IMG/VR virus record: IMGVR_UViG_3300045950_000335
Span: 1-59,383 of that record
Strand: one strand, 5' to 3'
From: a virus
Lineage: Duplodnaviria; Caudoviricetes
Length of the DNA stretch: 59,383 nt
The notes under the pieces were generated by a model. That model saw only the letters and a program-made list of their open reading frames with translations, did no database searches and was not told where the DNA came from. Position 1 is the first letter of the stretch. Each line of letters begins with the position of its first letter. This document shows positions 1 through 9,667 of this stretch, piece after piece. Both the position numbers and the translations under genes were made by a program.

Positions 1-498
1 TGGCTGTTCCTCGCGCTGCTGGGCGTGCTCTTCACGGCGCTCGCCATGCTGCTCGCGCCCATCCTGCCGATGTTCGTCGGGTGGGACGGCTACCTGCCGC
101 GCTGGCTGGGGTGGTTCCAGACGCCGGACAACCCGGCCTGGGGCGACGCACAGTTCCACCGCGAGCAGATGGCCTGGACGCGGAGCGCCTACCTGCGCAC
201 GGTGTTCTGGCTATGGCGCAACCCCGCCTACGGCTTCGACTTCGCCGTGCTGGGCGCGCGCGTGCCGCAGGGCTTCCGCTACACCTGCCGCGGCGACGAG
301 CGCGTGAGCAACCTGCCGCTGCACGAAGGCCTGGTGATCCGCCGCATGGACCGCTACTGGCAGCTCTACTACGTCAAGGCCTGGACCCAGACCCGCTGCC
401 TGCGCATCAACCTCGGCTGGAAGTTGTGGGGAGACCTGCAACCCGGCCAGGTGCGCCCGCTGGTGATCTCGGCGAACCCGTGGATGCGGTGCGGCTGA
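1..498 (+). CDS. Phage membrane-associated hypothetical protein (5'-truncated), homologous to 23036-23620
   Basis: Frame open from base 1; motifs W-x-x-TPD, WLWRNPAY, LGWKL and C-terminal NPWMRC shared with 23036-23620. Confidence 0.75.
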   Translation, partial: WLFLALLGVLFTALAMLLAPILPMFVGWDGYLPRWLGWFQTPDNPAWGDAQFHREQMAWTRSAYLRTVFWLWRNPAYGFDFAVLGARVPQGFRYTCRGDERVSNLPLHEGLVIRRMDRYWQLYYVKAWTQTRCLRINLGWKLWGDLQPGQVRPLVISANPWMRCG

Positions 499-527
499 CC
501 AATCCCGCGATTTGTAATCTCCGGTAA

Positions 528-550
528 GTTGTAATCGCGGCGAATACAAC
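528..550 (+). promoter_or_regulatory. Dyad GTTGTA-N11-TACAAC, candidate Ogr-family activator site of the tail late promoter
   Basis: Inverted repeat ~70 bp upstream of the sheath gene; resembles TGT...ACA sites of P2-type late promoters. Confidence 0.5.
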
Positions 551-619
551 ACGCCGCAACAGCCAGCGCAATGCGCTCAGGGCATTCTAGTCTCCGCCAC
601 AACCAACCGGAGAACAGAC

Positions 620-1801
620 ATGCCAGTCGATTACCACCACGGCGTTCGGGTCGTTGAGATCAACACCGGAACCCGACCCATCCGCACCATTTCCACCGCC
701 ATCATCGGCATGGTCGCCACCGCGTCCGACGCCGATGCCGCAGCCTTCCCGCTCGACACGCCCGTGCTGCTGACCTCGGTGCTCGCAGGCCTCGCCAAGG
801 CCGGCACGCTGGGCACGCTGTCCAAGTCGCTGCGCGCCATCGCCGACCAGACCAACGCGCTGGTCGTCGTGGTGCGCGTGGCTGACGGCGCAGGCGCGGA
901 CGCCGCCGCGATCGAGGCGGACCAGAACAGCAAGGTCATCGGCACCGTCACTGTGGACGGCCAGTACACCGGCATGCAGGCGCTGCTGGCGGCGCAGGCC
1001 AAGCTGGGGGTCAAGCCGCGCATCCTCGGCTGCCCCGGCCTCGATACCCTGCCCGTTGCCACCGCGCTGGTCACCATCGCGCAGAAGCTGCGCGGCTTCG
1101 CCTACATCTCCGCCGCCGACTCGGCCACCAAGGAAGCCGCCGTGCTCTACCGCGACAACTTCGCCGCACGCGAAGCCATGGTCATCTGGCCGGACTTCAT
1201 CGCCTTCGACACCGCGAACTACACCGCGCCGGCCGTCGCCCGCGCGCTGGGCCTGCGCGCCAAGGCGGACGAAGAGATCGGCTGGCACAAGACCCTCTCC
1301 AACATGCCGGTCAACGGCGTCACCGGCATCAGCAAGGACGTGTTCTTCGACCTGCAGGATCCAGCCACCGATGCCGGTTACCTGAATAGCAACGAAGTCA
1401 CCACGCTGATCCGCCACGAGGGCTTCCGCTTCTGGGGCTCGCGCACCTGCTCCATCGACCCGCTGTTCGCCTTCGAGAACTACACCCGCACCGCCCAGGT
1501 GCTGATGGACACCATCGCCGAGGCGCACTTCTGGGCCGTGGACCTGCCGCTGAACCCCTCGCTGGCGCGCGACATCATCGAGGGCATCAACGCCAAGTTT
1601 CGCGAGCTGAAGGCGCTGGGCTACATCATCGACGGCAGCGCCTGGTACGACCCGGACGCCAACAGCGCCGTCACCCTCAAGGACGGCAAGCTCTACATCG
1701 ACTACGACTACACGCCGGTGCCGCCGCTGGAGAACCTGATGTTCCGCCAGCGCATCACCGACCGCTACCTGGTCGACTTCGCCGCCGCCATCGGGGCTTG
1801 A
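620..1801 (+). CDS. Contractile tail sheath protein (P2 gpFI-like)
   Basis: [10 protein letters not shown]-terminus, [24 protein letters not shown]; RBS GGAGA. Confidence 0.95.
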   Translation: MPVDYHHGVRVVEINTGTRPIRTISTAIIGMVATASDADAAAFPLDTPVLLTSVLAGLAKAGTLGTLSKSLRAIADQTNALVVVVRVADGAGADAAAIEADQNSKVIGTVTVDGQYTGMQALLAAQAKLGVKPRILGCPGLDTLPVATALVTIAQKLRGFAYISAADSATKEAAVLYRDNFAAREAMVIWPDFIAFDTANYTAPAVARALGLRAKADEEIGWHKTLSNMPVNGVTGISKDVFFDLQDPATDAGYLNSNEVTTLIRHEGFRFWGSRTCSIDPLFAFENYTRTAQVLMDTIAEAHFWAVDLPLNPSLARDIIEGINAKFRELKALGYIIDGSAWYDPDANSAVTLKDGKLYIDYDYTPVPPLENLMFRQRITDRYLVDFAAAIGA

Positions 1802-1815
1802 TTGCGGATTAAATA

Positions 1816-1843
1816 ACCGTTCGCCCTGAGCTTGTCGAAGGGC
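1816..1843 (+). repeat. 28-bp REP-like hairpin element, copy 1
   Basis: ACCGTTCGCCCTGAGCTTGTCGAAGGGC; 25/28 identical to the reverse complement of 21310-21337. Confidence 0.7.
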
Positions 1844-1861
1844 TTTTCGAAAGGAAAAATC

Positions 1862-2374
1862 ATGGCACTGCCAAGCGTCCTCAAGAACTTCAACCTCTTC
1901 AACGATGCCAAGAGCTACATGGGCGTCGCCGAGAGCCTCAAACTGCCCAAGCTGGCGCGCAAGTTCGAAGACTTCCGCGGCGGCGGCATGGACGGCTCCG
2001 TCTCCATCGACCTCGGCCAGGAGAAGCTGGAATCCGAATTCACCTGCGCCGGCCTCATGACGCAGGTGTTCGAGCAATACGGCACCACCAAGGCGGACGG
2101 CGTGATGCTGCGCTTCGCCGGCGCCTACCAGGCAGACGACACCGCCGCCGTGCAGGCCGTCGAGGTCGTCATGCGCGGACGCCATGCCGAGATCGACATG
2201 GGCGACGCCAAGGCTGGCGACAAGGGCAGCTTCACCATCAAGTCCAGCCTCACCTACTACAAGCTCACCGTGGACAACAAGGTGCTGATCGAGATCGACC
2301 TGCTGAACATGATCTTCATCGTGAACGGCAAGGACATGCTCGCCGAGCAGCGCAAGGCCATCGGCCTGGCGTAA
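1862..2374 (+). CDS. Major tail tube protein (P2 gpFII-like)
   Basis: MALPSVLKNFNLF...RGGGMDG...IEIDLLNMI; start moved to ATG 1862 after AAGGA. Confidence 0.95.
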   Translation: MALPSVLKNFNLFNDAKSYMGVAESLKLPKLARKFEDFRGGGMDGSVSIDLGQEKLESEFTCAGLMTQVFEQYGTTKADGVMLRFAGAYQADDTAAVQAVEVVMRGRHAEIDMGDAKAGDKGSFTIKSSLTYYKLTVDNKVLIEIDLLNMIFIVNGKDMLAEQRKAIGLA

Positions 2375-2482
2375 CAGGATACACCCCGAGAAACAGCCCG
2401 GCGAAGCGGCGTATCTGGGAGGCAGAAAGCCAGGGCGCCCGCCGCATCGACAGGGCGCCCTTAACCATTCAGGAGACTGCAC

Positions 2483-2770
2483 ATGAAAACCATCACCCTC
2501 GAACAACCCATCCAGCGCGGTAACGAAAAGATCGCCAGCCTCGAGCTGCGCAAGCCGAATTCCGGCGAGCTGCGCGGCGCCAACCTCACCGACCTGCTGC
2601 AGATGGACGTGACCGCCCTGCACCGCGTGCTGCCGCGCATCACCAGCCCGTCGCTCACCGAGCACGAAGTGGCTGCGATGGACCCCGCCGACCTGTTGCA
2701 ATGCGGAACAGCGGTGGCCGGTTTTTTGCTGCCGAAGGCCGCGCTGCAGGCGGCATCCCAGTCCGAGTAG
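2483..2770 (+). CDS. Tail assembly chaperone (gpE-like)
   Basis: ITLEQPIQRG...LRKPNSGELRG...DPADL; lies between tube and tape measure. Confidence 0.9.
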   Translation: MKTITLEQPIQRGNEKIASLELRKPNSGELRGANLTDLLQMDVTALHRVLPRITSPSLTEHEVAAMDPADLLQCGTAVAGFLLPKAALQAASQSE

Positions 2771-2895
2771 AAGACGCCATGGCCGACATCGCCGTCATCT
2801 TCGGCTGGGCGCCGGCGGCGATGTACCCGATGAGCCTGCCCGAGCTGGTGGAATGGCGCGAGCAGGCGCGCAAACGTAGCGGAGCGGAAGAATGA
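2720..2895 (+). other. -1 programmed frameshift site GGTTTTTTG and E' extension (ADIAVIFGW...EWREQAR)
   Basis: T6G slippery run at 2722-2728 near the end of gpE; -1 frame open to 2895, as in P2 E/E'. Confidence 0.8.
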
Positions 2896-5171
2896 GCGTG
2901 GACAAACTCAAACTGGAAGTGCTTCTTGCCGCGATCGACAAGGTCACGCGGCCGCTCAAGGTCATCGAGAACGGCAGCAAGGAAACATCCGCCGCGCTGA
3001 AGGCAGCCAAGGACCAGCTCAGGGCGCTGAACGAACAGCAGAAGCGTGTGGACGGTTTCCGCGCCGCCGCGCGCGGCATCGCCATCCACAGGCAGGAGCT
3101 GGCCAAGGCGGAAGAGCGCGTCCGCAGCATCAAGCAGGCGATGGAGTCGGCGCAATACCCCACGAAGGCGATGCAGCAGGCCTTCAAGCAAGCCACCACC
3201 GAAGCCAACAACCTCAAAGGCAACATCACCCGCCTGACCGAGAAGCAGGAACGCTTGCGCCGCGAACTCTCCGCCTCCGGAGTCGACACCCACAAGCTCG
3301 CCGGCTACCAGCGCGACCTCAAGGCCCAGATGGCCTCAGCCACCGTCGAAGTGGACAAGCAGAGCGAGGCGCTGGCCGAACTGAACAAGCGCGCCAGCAC
3401 CCTGCGCGCGGCACGCTATGCCTACGACAAGGGGATGGAGCAGCGCGGCCGCCTCAAGGATGGCGGCATCGCCACCATCGCGGCGGGCATCGCCATCGGC
3501 GCGCCAGTCGCCAAGGCCGTGAAAGACTACGCCAGCTTCGAAGATGCGATGCTGGGTGTGGCGCGCCAGGTGGACGGCGCACGCGACGCCAACGGCAGGC
3601 TCACCCAGACCTACTACGACATGGGCGAATCCATCAAGGCCATGTCCGAGCGCATCCCGCTCGCCACCACCGAGATCGCAGCCATCGTCGAGGCCGGCGC
3701 GCGCATGGGCATCAAGGGCAAGGAGAATCTGCTCGCCTACGCCGAGACCACCGCCATCATGGCCAGCGCCTTCGACCTGCCCGTCGACCAGGTCGGCGAG
3801 GACGTCGCCAAGATCGCCGCGCTGTACAAGGTACCCATCAAGAGCATCGGAGATCTGGGCGACGTCATCAACTACCTGGACGACGCCACACTGGCCAAGG
3901 GCGGCGACATCATCGACGTGATGAAGCGCATCGCCGGCACCGCAGACACCGTGGGCATGAAGTACAAGGAGGCCGCGGCGCTGGCCAGCACCTTCCTCAG
4001 CCTGGGCGCGAATGCCGAGGTGGCCGGATCCGCCTCGAACGCGATCATGACCAACCTCTCGATCGCGACGATGCAGCCGGAGAAATTCCAGGGCGGTCTC
4101 GCCATGCTCAGGATGACAGCCAAGGAGATCCAGCAGGGCATGGCCACCGATGCCACCGGCACCATTCTCAAGGTGCTGGACGCCATCAAGGCCCTGCCGA
4201 AGGAGAAGCAGCTCGAGGCCACCACCCGTCTGTTCGGCAAGGAATTCGGCGACGATGCCTCCAAGCTCGCAGCCAATATCGGCGAATACCGCAAGCAGCT
4301 CGAGCTGGTGAACGATGCGCAGGCCAAAGGCTCGATGTCGCGCGAAGCCGAGGCACGCAACCAGGCGCTGTCCGCACAGTACGAGATGTCGAAGAGCGCG
4401 GTATTCAACCTAACCTCAGCTCTTGGCGAGAAGCTGAAACCGGCGCTGGTGGATATCATGGGGAGCGTGCGGGATGTGCTGCGCGGATTGCGCGACTGGA
4501 TGACCGCCCACCCGAACCTGACCTCTGCGCTGGTAAAAGGCGCGGCAGTCATTTCCCTGATCGTGATCGGCATCGGTGCACTGCTGATCGCGATTGCTGG
4601 CGTGCTCGGCCCCATGCTGGCGCTCAGGTACGGCATGGCGCTGATCGGGATCAAGGGCTTCGGCCTGGTCGGTGTGGTCAGGAACATCGGCAGCGCCTTC
4701 CTGTGGCTGGGCCGCGCGCTGCTGATGAATCCGCTCGGGCTGGCGATCACCGCGCTGGCCGGTGCGGCCTACCTGATCTACAAGAATTGGGAGCCGATCA
4801 AGGAGTTCTTCAGCAACCTGTGGGACGGCATCACAGAGCGATTCCACGCCGTGGTGGAGTGGTTCAAGGACAGGCTCTCCTTCCTCAAGCCCATCCTGAG
4901 CCTGCTGTTCTCGCCGGCGAAGCTGGCTGCGGCCGGATTCAGCGCGGCCATGGCAGCGACGCCGGCTCAGGCCGTCAAGATCGACAATCGCCCGCCGATC
5001 ACCAGCCAGGCTGCGCGCACCGCACAGGCTTCAGGTCCGACCACGATCCACGTCCACCCGGCCCCAGGAATGAACGAACAGCAGCTCGCCGACCTGGTCG
5101 CGCGCAAGATGGACGAACGCGACCGCCAGCGCGCCGCAGCCGCCCGCAGCAGCCTCAGAGACAGGGAGTAA
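2892..5171 (+). CDS. Tail tape measure protein
   Basis: 759 aa, Ala-rich helical; LLAAIDKVTRPL start; NPLGLAI...YKNWEPIK. Confidence 0.95.
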   Translation: MSVDKLKLEVLLAAIDKVTRPLKVIENGSKETSAALKAAKDQLRALNEQQKRVDGFRAAARGIAIHRQELAKAEERVRSIKQAMESAQYPTKAMQQAFKQATTEANNLKGNITRLTEKQERLRRELSASGVDTHKLAGYQRDLKAQMASATVEVDKQSEALAELNKRASTLRAARYAYDKGMEQRGRLKDGGIATIAAGIAIGAPVAKAVKDYASFEDAMLGVARQVDGARDANGRLTQTYYDMGESIKAMSERIPLATTEIAAIVEAGARMGIKGKENLLAYAETTAIMASAFDLPVDQVGEDVAKIAALYKVPIKSIGDLGDVINYLDDATLAKGGDIIDVMKRIAGTADTVGMKYKEAAALASTFLSLGANAEVAGSASNAIMTNLSIATMQPEKFQGGLAMLRMTAKEIQQGMATDATGTILKVLDAIKALPKEKQLEATTRLFGKEFGDDASKLAANIGEYRKQLELVNDAQAKGSMSREAEARNQALSAQYEMSKSAVFNLTSALGEKLKPALVDIMGSVRDVLRGLRDWMTAHPNLTSALVKGAAVISLIVIGIGALLIAIAGVLGPMLALRYGMALIGIKGFGLVGVVRNIGSAFLWLGRALLMNPLGLAITALAGAAYLIYKNWEPIKEFFSNLWDGITERFHAVVEWFKDRLSFLKPILSLLFSPAKLAAAGFSAAMAATPAQAVKIDNRPPITSQAARTAQASGPTTIHVHPAPGMNEQQLADLVARKMDERDRQRAAAARSSLRDRE

Positions 5172-5174
5172 GCC

Positions 5175-5618
5175 ATGATCCATCAATCCGTCATGATGGC
5201 GCTCGGGCTGTTCGTATTCGGCCTCGACACCGTGCCCTACCAGCAGCTCCAGCGCCAGACGAGCTGGCGGCATCCTTCCAGCTCGCGCGTCGGCCTGCGC
5301 CCTGCCAGCCAGTTCGCAGGTCCCGGCGACGACACCGTCACCCTGAGCGGCACGCTCTACCCCGAGCTGACGGGCGGCAGGGTATCGATGGCCATGCTGC
5401 GCTACATGGGCGAGACCGGCAAGGCGTGGCCGCTGCTCGAGGGCACCGGCTACTTCTACGGCGTCTACGTGATCGAGGATCTGTCCGAGACCGGCAGCGT
5501 GTTCTTCGCCGACGGCGCGGCGCGCAAGATCGACTTCAGCCTCAAGCTCAAGCGCGTCGATGACGACGTGCCCGACATCATCGGCATCGCCACCGGCGAG
5601 CTGATGTCCCTGCTATGA
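5175..5618 (+). CDS. Tail protein gpU-like
   Basis: MMALGLFVF...QFAGPGDDTVTLSG...RKIDFSLKLKR. Confidence 0.9.
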   Translation: MIHQSVMMALGLFVFGLDTVPYQQLQRQTSWRHPSSSRVGLRPASQFAGPGDDTVTLSGTLYPELTGGRVSMAMLRYMGETGKAWPLLEGTGYFYGVYVIEDLSETGSVFFADGAARKIDFSLKLKRVDDDVPDIIGIATGELMSLL

Positions 5619-6943
5619 ACTTCGGCGAGTCCTACAAGCGCCCGGTCTTCCGCGTCGAGGTGGACGGCAAGGATGTCACCAGCACCGTGCGCGGCCGTCT
5701 GATCAGCCTCACCCTCACCGACAACCGCGGCTTCGAGGCGGACCAGCTTGACCTGGTGCTGGACGACAGCGACGGCAAGCTCGATCTGCCGCCGCGCGGC
5801 GCTGAAGTGCGCGTCGCCTTCGGCTGGGCAGACACCGGCCTGGTGGACAAAGGCAGCTACACCGTGGACGAAGTCAGCCACAGCGGCGCGCCGGACACGA
5901 TGACCATCCGCGCCCGCAGCGCGGACCTGCGCAGCGGCCTCACCACCCAGCGCGAGCGCTCGTGGCACAACATCACCCTGGGCGACCTGGTGCGCGAGAT
6001 CGCGGACGAGAACGGGCTGATCCCGTCCGTGGTCGGCGTGCTGGCCGCACAGATCATCGACCACATCGACCAGACCAACGAATCCGCCGCCAACCTGCTC
6101 TCCCGTCTGGCCGGCCAGTTCGACGCCATCGCCACGGTCAAGGGCGGCAAGCTGCTGTTCATCCACGCGGCCGCAGGCACCAGCGCCAGCGGCAAGCCGC
6201 TACCTGCCATCACCATCACCCGCCAGTCAGGCGACTCGCATCAATTCAACATCGCCGACCGCGACACCTACACCCACGTCAAGTCAACCTGGTATGACAA
6301 GTCGGCAGGGACCAAGGGCGAGGTGATCTGGGGCAAGACCGAGGACGACGCCGAGAACAACCGCACCGCCCGGATGGCCGCCGCGCAGAACGGCAAATAC
6401 AAGGCGCTGGGCAAGATCAGCAAGAGCCGCGACGCGGCCAAGCGGCTGGCGAAAAAGACCTGGAAGGGCATGTCCAAGGCGATGCGCGCCGGCTACGTCG
6501 GTGTCGAGGCCCCCTACCACGACCGCAACCTCAACGTGAGCGGCAAGGTGGCCTACGGCGAGGCGGACGAGCTGAAAGCACGCCAGCGTGCCGACGCGCT
6601 GGCAAAGAAGGATGCGGCCAGGACCGGCGCGCCCGCAGTGGCGATCGAGAGCGGCGCGGACAACATCAAGACCCTGCGCCACGTCTACGCCAGCCCCGAG
6701 ACCGCCCGGAACGCCGCCCACACCGAGTGGCGCAAGCTGCAGCGCGGCATGGCCGAATTCAGCATCACCCTAGCGCATGGCCGCCCGGACCTGACCCCCG
6801 AGCAGCCCGCCGCCGTGCAAGGCTTCAAGCCCGCCATCGACAGCACCGACTGGATGATCGTCAAGGTCACCCACAACCTCAACGACAACGGCCTCACCAC
6901 CGCGCTCGCGCTGGAGATCAGGGCGACGGAAATCCCCGGCTGA
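5615..6943 (+). CDS. Late control / baseplate hub protein gpD-like
   Basis: LTLTDNRGFEADQL, HIDQTNES, GRPDLTPE, TTALALE. Confidence 0.9.
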   Translation: MNFGESYKRPVFRVEVDGKDVTSTVRGRLISLTLTDNRGFEADQLDLVLDDSDGKLDLPPRGAEVRVAFGWADTGLVDKGSYTVDEVSHSGAPDTMTIRARSADLRSGLTTQRERSWHNITLGDLVREIADENGLIPSVVGVLAAQIIDHIDQTNESAANLLSRLAGQFDAIATVKGGKLLFIHAAAGTSASGKPLPAITITRQSGDSHQFNIADRDTYTHVKSTWYDKSAGTKGEVIWGKTEDDAENNRTARMAAAQNGKYKALGKISKSRDAAKRLAKKTWKGMSKAMRAGYVGVEAPYHDRNLNVSGKVAYGEADELKARQRADALAKKDAARTGAPAVAIESGADNIKTLRHVYASPETARNAAHTEWRKLQRGMAEFSITLAHGRPDLTPEQPAAVQGFKPAIDSTDWMIVKVTHNLNDNGLTTALALEIRATEIPG

Positions 6944-6965
6944 TCGCGGCCCCTCCAAAATACTT

Positions 6966-7016
6966 AACATTTATGTTGCTTTTCCGCTTGACGGATGCAA
7001 CAGACATGTTTAGTAT
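6966..7016 (+). promoter_or_regulatory. hicAB promoter (TTGACG-17-TAGTAT) overlapped by inverted operator-like boxes
   Basis: -35 at 6988-6993, -10 at 7011-7016; AACATttatGTTGC (6966-6979) and GCAACagacATGTT (6997-7010) are mutually inverted. Confidence 0.65.
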
Positions 7017-7023
7017 TTCCTCC

Positions 7024-7203
7024 ATGAATTCCAAGCAAATGAAAAAGTGGCTAGAGCAACAGGGCGCGACCTTCGCGCAAGGCAAAGGCTCGCACCTCAA
7101 GGTGTTCCTGAATGGCAAGCAGTCGGCACTGCCCATGCACGGCACAGCAGAACTGGGCAAGGGATTGGAAGCCGCGATTAAACGACAGCTTGGCTTGAAG
7201 TAA
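7024..7203 (+). CDS. hicA: HicA family toxin
   Basis: 59 aa; GKGSH and PMHG..ELGKG..AIKRQLGL motifs. Confidence 0.92.
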   Translation: MNSKQMKKWLEQQGATFAQGKGSHLKVFLNGKQSALPMHGTAELGKGLEAAIKRQLGLK

Positions 7204-7211
7204 AGGAGAAA

Positions 7212-7631
7212 ATGATGTTTGACTACCCTGTGAATTTGACCCCGGACGACGGCACCGTATTGGTCACCTTTCCGGATGTTCCCGAAGCGATCACCTTTGG
7301 GATGGATGAAGACGAGGCGCTGTTGCAAGCGGTAGATGCGCTGGAAACCGCGCTTTCGTTTTACGTCGATGCGCGCAAGCCGCTGCCATCTGCCCGCAAG
7401 GCCAAGCGCGGGCAAAAGACCGTGCGCCCATCGGCGCTGGAGTGCGCCAAACTCGGTGTGTATCAGGCAATGACCGAGCAAGGCATCAAAAAAGCAGAAC
7501 TCGCCCGCCGCCTGGGATGGCACATGCCGCAAGTAGATAGGTTGTTCGACCTGCGCCATGCCTCACGCCTCGATCAGATCGAGGCCGCAGCCGCCGCGCT
7601 GGGTAGGCATATCGAGGTGCGTGTAGCATAA
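7212..7631 (+). CDS. hicB: HicB family antitoxin with C-terminal HTH
   Basis: VTFPDVPEAITFG...ELARRLG...VDRLFDLRH; directly after hicA. Confidence 0.92.
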   Translation: MMFDYPVNLTPDDGTVLVTFPDVPEAITFGMDEDEALLQAVDALETALSFYVDARKPLPSARKAKRGQKTVRPSALECAKLGVYQAMTEQGIKKAELARRLGWHMPQVDRLFDLRHASRLDQIEAAAAALGRHIEVRVA

Positions 7632-7642
7632 GGAGACCGGCC

Positions 7643-7981
7643 ATGATCCACTTCCTGCTCTGCATCGCCATCGTCTGGCTGACCTACAAGACGGTCACGC
7701 GCGGGCAGCCGAACGATGGGACGGTGGCTGCCATAGGAACGATGGTCGGACTGCTGTTCGGGGTGATCTCCGGCTTCTCGTTCATCGCCGGAGGCTGGTG
7801 GAGCGCGATCGGATACGGATTCTTCGCCTTCACCCTCGCGGGCTGGATCAACGCACGCAAGACGCTGCCGGAAGACATCGACCAGACGCTGGCCGAGTAC
7901 GAGGCTATGAAGCCGGAACTGGACGCGCTGCAGGAAGAGACGCGCACGATGCTTAAACCGAACCGGTTGCCGCTGCCCTGA
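7643..7981 (+). CDS. Small membrane protein (about 3 TM plus a charged tail)
   Basis: RBS AAGGAG; three hydrophobic stretches. Confidence 0.65.
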   Translation: MIHFLLCIAIVWLTYKTVTRGQPNDGTVAAIGTMVGLLFGVISGFSFIAGGWWSAIGYGFFAFTLAGWINARKTLPEDIDQTLAEYEAMKPELDALQEETRTMLKPNRLPLP

Positions 7982-7987
7982 CCAGCA

Positions 7988-8944
7988 CTAGAGGTCTATC
8001 AGCAACTGCACGAACTCGCTCTCGTTGATGATCTGAACGCCTGCATCAGCAGCTTGTGCTAGCTTCGCAGGGCCTGCATTCGGACCTGCGCAAATGTACT
8101 TCAAACCTTTCGTGACGTTCTTGCGGACGACCATGCCGAACATCTTGGCCTGCTCTTCAAGTTCCGCGCGCTGGTCCTTGGCAAATCCGGTGAACAGTAT
8201 CTCGATTGGCGGCTCGCGCTCTTCCTCTTCAAGATCATCCGGTGACTTCCAGCCTCGACTCTTCACCACGCCGCTGTTGCGCGGATCATCGCGCACGCCA
8301 TCCGCCCACTTCTTCGGCGGCAACAGCTCACCGGTATCTCGATCCAGCACCTTTCCGCGCACGCGCCCGATCACGAAGGTGCGCGTGGCTTCCGCCTTGT
8401 AGCAATGCCCCTCGAAGTATTCGTCGTCAACCGCCTCTACACCGACATGGCGATGGCTGTCGTGCCCGCCTGCGTCGCGGTAATCGAATTCGATGTCGGC
8501 CAGGTAACTGCCGATCTCGTCCAAGTAGCGGCTGGTGTAGATGTTCTCCGCTGGCTGCTCGCATCTCGACTTCATATCGCGCCGCCTGGAATCGTCTGCG
8601 CGCTTCATCGCTTCCAGCGAGCGTTTGCGCACGGCAGCAACCTCTGGAGTGTCTTGTAGCGGAGTGTATGGCTCAGGCTTGATTTGCTGGACTGTGGGCG
8701 GCTTCGTGTTCTTCCGTTTCTTTATTCCAGACCGGGTATCCCACCACAAATAGCATGAGTAGCATGTCGCGATGAAAGCCAGCAGGAGCCAGAATCCACC
8801 AGCCAGTGCAAGGAGCCATACCACAATGCCGAACGATGCGGCCATGCCAGGCCTGCTTTTAGAACCACCGCCTTCGTAAGCTGCCAGCATTTCTGTGGCA
8901 TTCAAAAATGCTATCGTAGTCAAGAATCCGAGGAATACTTCCAT
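7988..8944 (-). CDS. Membrane-anchored WYL-like plus BRCT domain protein
   Basis: N-terminal TM segments; IEFDYRDAGG..SHRHV...EGHC..AEATRTFVIGRV (WYL-like); ILFTGF...VTKGLKYICAGPNAGPAKLAQA...IINESEF (BRCT). Confidence 0.78.
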   Translation of the reverse strand: MEVFLGFLTTIAFLNATEMLAAYEGGGSKSRPGMAASFGIVVWLLALAGGFWLLLAFIATCYSCYLWWDTRSGIKKRKNTKPPTVQQIKPEPYTPLQDTPEVAAVRKRSLEAMKRADDSRRRDMKSRCEQPAENIYTSRYLDEIGSYLADIEFDYRDAGGHDSHRHVGVEAVDDEYFEGHCYKAEATRTFVIGRVRGKVLDRDTGELLPPKKWADGVRDDPRNSGVVKSRGWKSPDDLEEEEREPPIEILFTGFAKDQRAELEEQAKMFGMVVRKNVTKGLKYICAGPNAGPAKLAQAADAGVQIINESEFVQLLIDL

Positions 8945-8946
8945 CT

Positions 8947-9297
8947 CTATTCGGACAATCTTTTCGCGATTTCAGTGACCATGCTGGCGTCCGCTTCGCT
9001 GAGTTTCATAGCGCGTATCGCCTCCGCCGCCCGCTCCGCAGGCGTATATGCAGCACGGGGCTGTGCAACGCCGAGCGGCGTACGACGCCCGGTGACGATG
9101 TAGAGAATATCCCCTCCCATCTCAGCCATTGCAGACAAAACGTCTGCGCCGGGTGTTGATTCACCTCGTTCGTATTTTCCCCACGTGACTCTAGAGACGC
9201 CGAAAAGAGTTTCTGAATCACCCTGGTTAAAGCCAATTCGCTCCCTCTCCTCCCGTAATCTCCCTGCCCCATGAAAAGAAATCTTTTCTTTTTTCAT
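8947..9297 (-). CDS. XRE-family HTH immunity repressor
   Basis: RLREERERIG..Q...GVSRVTWGKYERGESTP...DILYIVTG. Confidence 0.88.
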   Translation of the reverse strand: MKKEKISFHGAGRLREERERIGFNQGDSETLFGVSRVTWGKYERGESTPGADVLSAMAEMGGDILYIVTGRRTPLGVAQPRAAYTPAERAAEAIRAMKLSEADASMVTEIAKRLSE

Positions 9298-9306
9298 AGA
9301 TAGGCC

Positions 9307-9335
9307 TTGACAGTGATAGCTTTTCTTATCATCAT
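9307..9335 (+). promoter_or_regulatory. Early promoter with overlapping dyad operator
   Basis: TTGACA 9307-9312; TGATA-N8-TATCA dyad 9314-9331; between divergent repressor and early genes. Confidence 0.55.
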
Positions 9336-9373
9336 GCGGACGTGTAACACTTTTACCAGCTTATAACACAGCT

Positions 9374-9577
9374 ATGGACATCAAGAAATCAGACGGCCCC
9401 CTCATCAAAGACAAGCCGATCCCGCTGCGCCTGACCCATCGCGAGCTGGACGAGAACGAAGCGCTGTCCACGCAGTACGGCATTTCAAAGTCAGACATCG
9501 GTCGCCGAGCCTACCGTCTAGGCCTGCCGCTGCTCAAGGCGCAACTCGACAACAAGGATGGCGACGATGCGCAATGA
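9374..9577 (+). CDS. Small DNA-binding protein (Cox/Cro position)
   Basis: First gene divergent from the repressor; IPLRLT...SKSDIGRRAYRLGL. Confidence 0.55.
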   Translation: MDIKKSDGPLIKDKPIPLRLTHRELDENEALSTQYGISKSDIGRRAYRLGLPLLKAQLDNKDGDDAQ

Positions 9578-9667
9578 CGCCTGCACGACCAGTTTGTTTG
9601 CAGTGCTCTCCTCCCCCTTGAGCACCGGCCGGATTCGTCCGGCCACCCCTTTGATGGAAGCCTAACC

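Noticed and set aside
2431-2460. CAGGGCGCCC x2 between tube and chaperone genes
   Set aside because: Short GC palindromes; could be a hairpin but there is no U-tract or other support for a function.
587-2701. Long minus-strand ORFs (also 11248-13134, 14793-16475) and plus-strand 19238-20326
   Set aside because: Antisense shadows of well-supported genes, expected in high-GC DNA.
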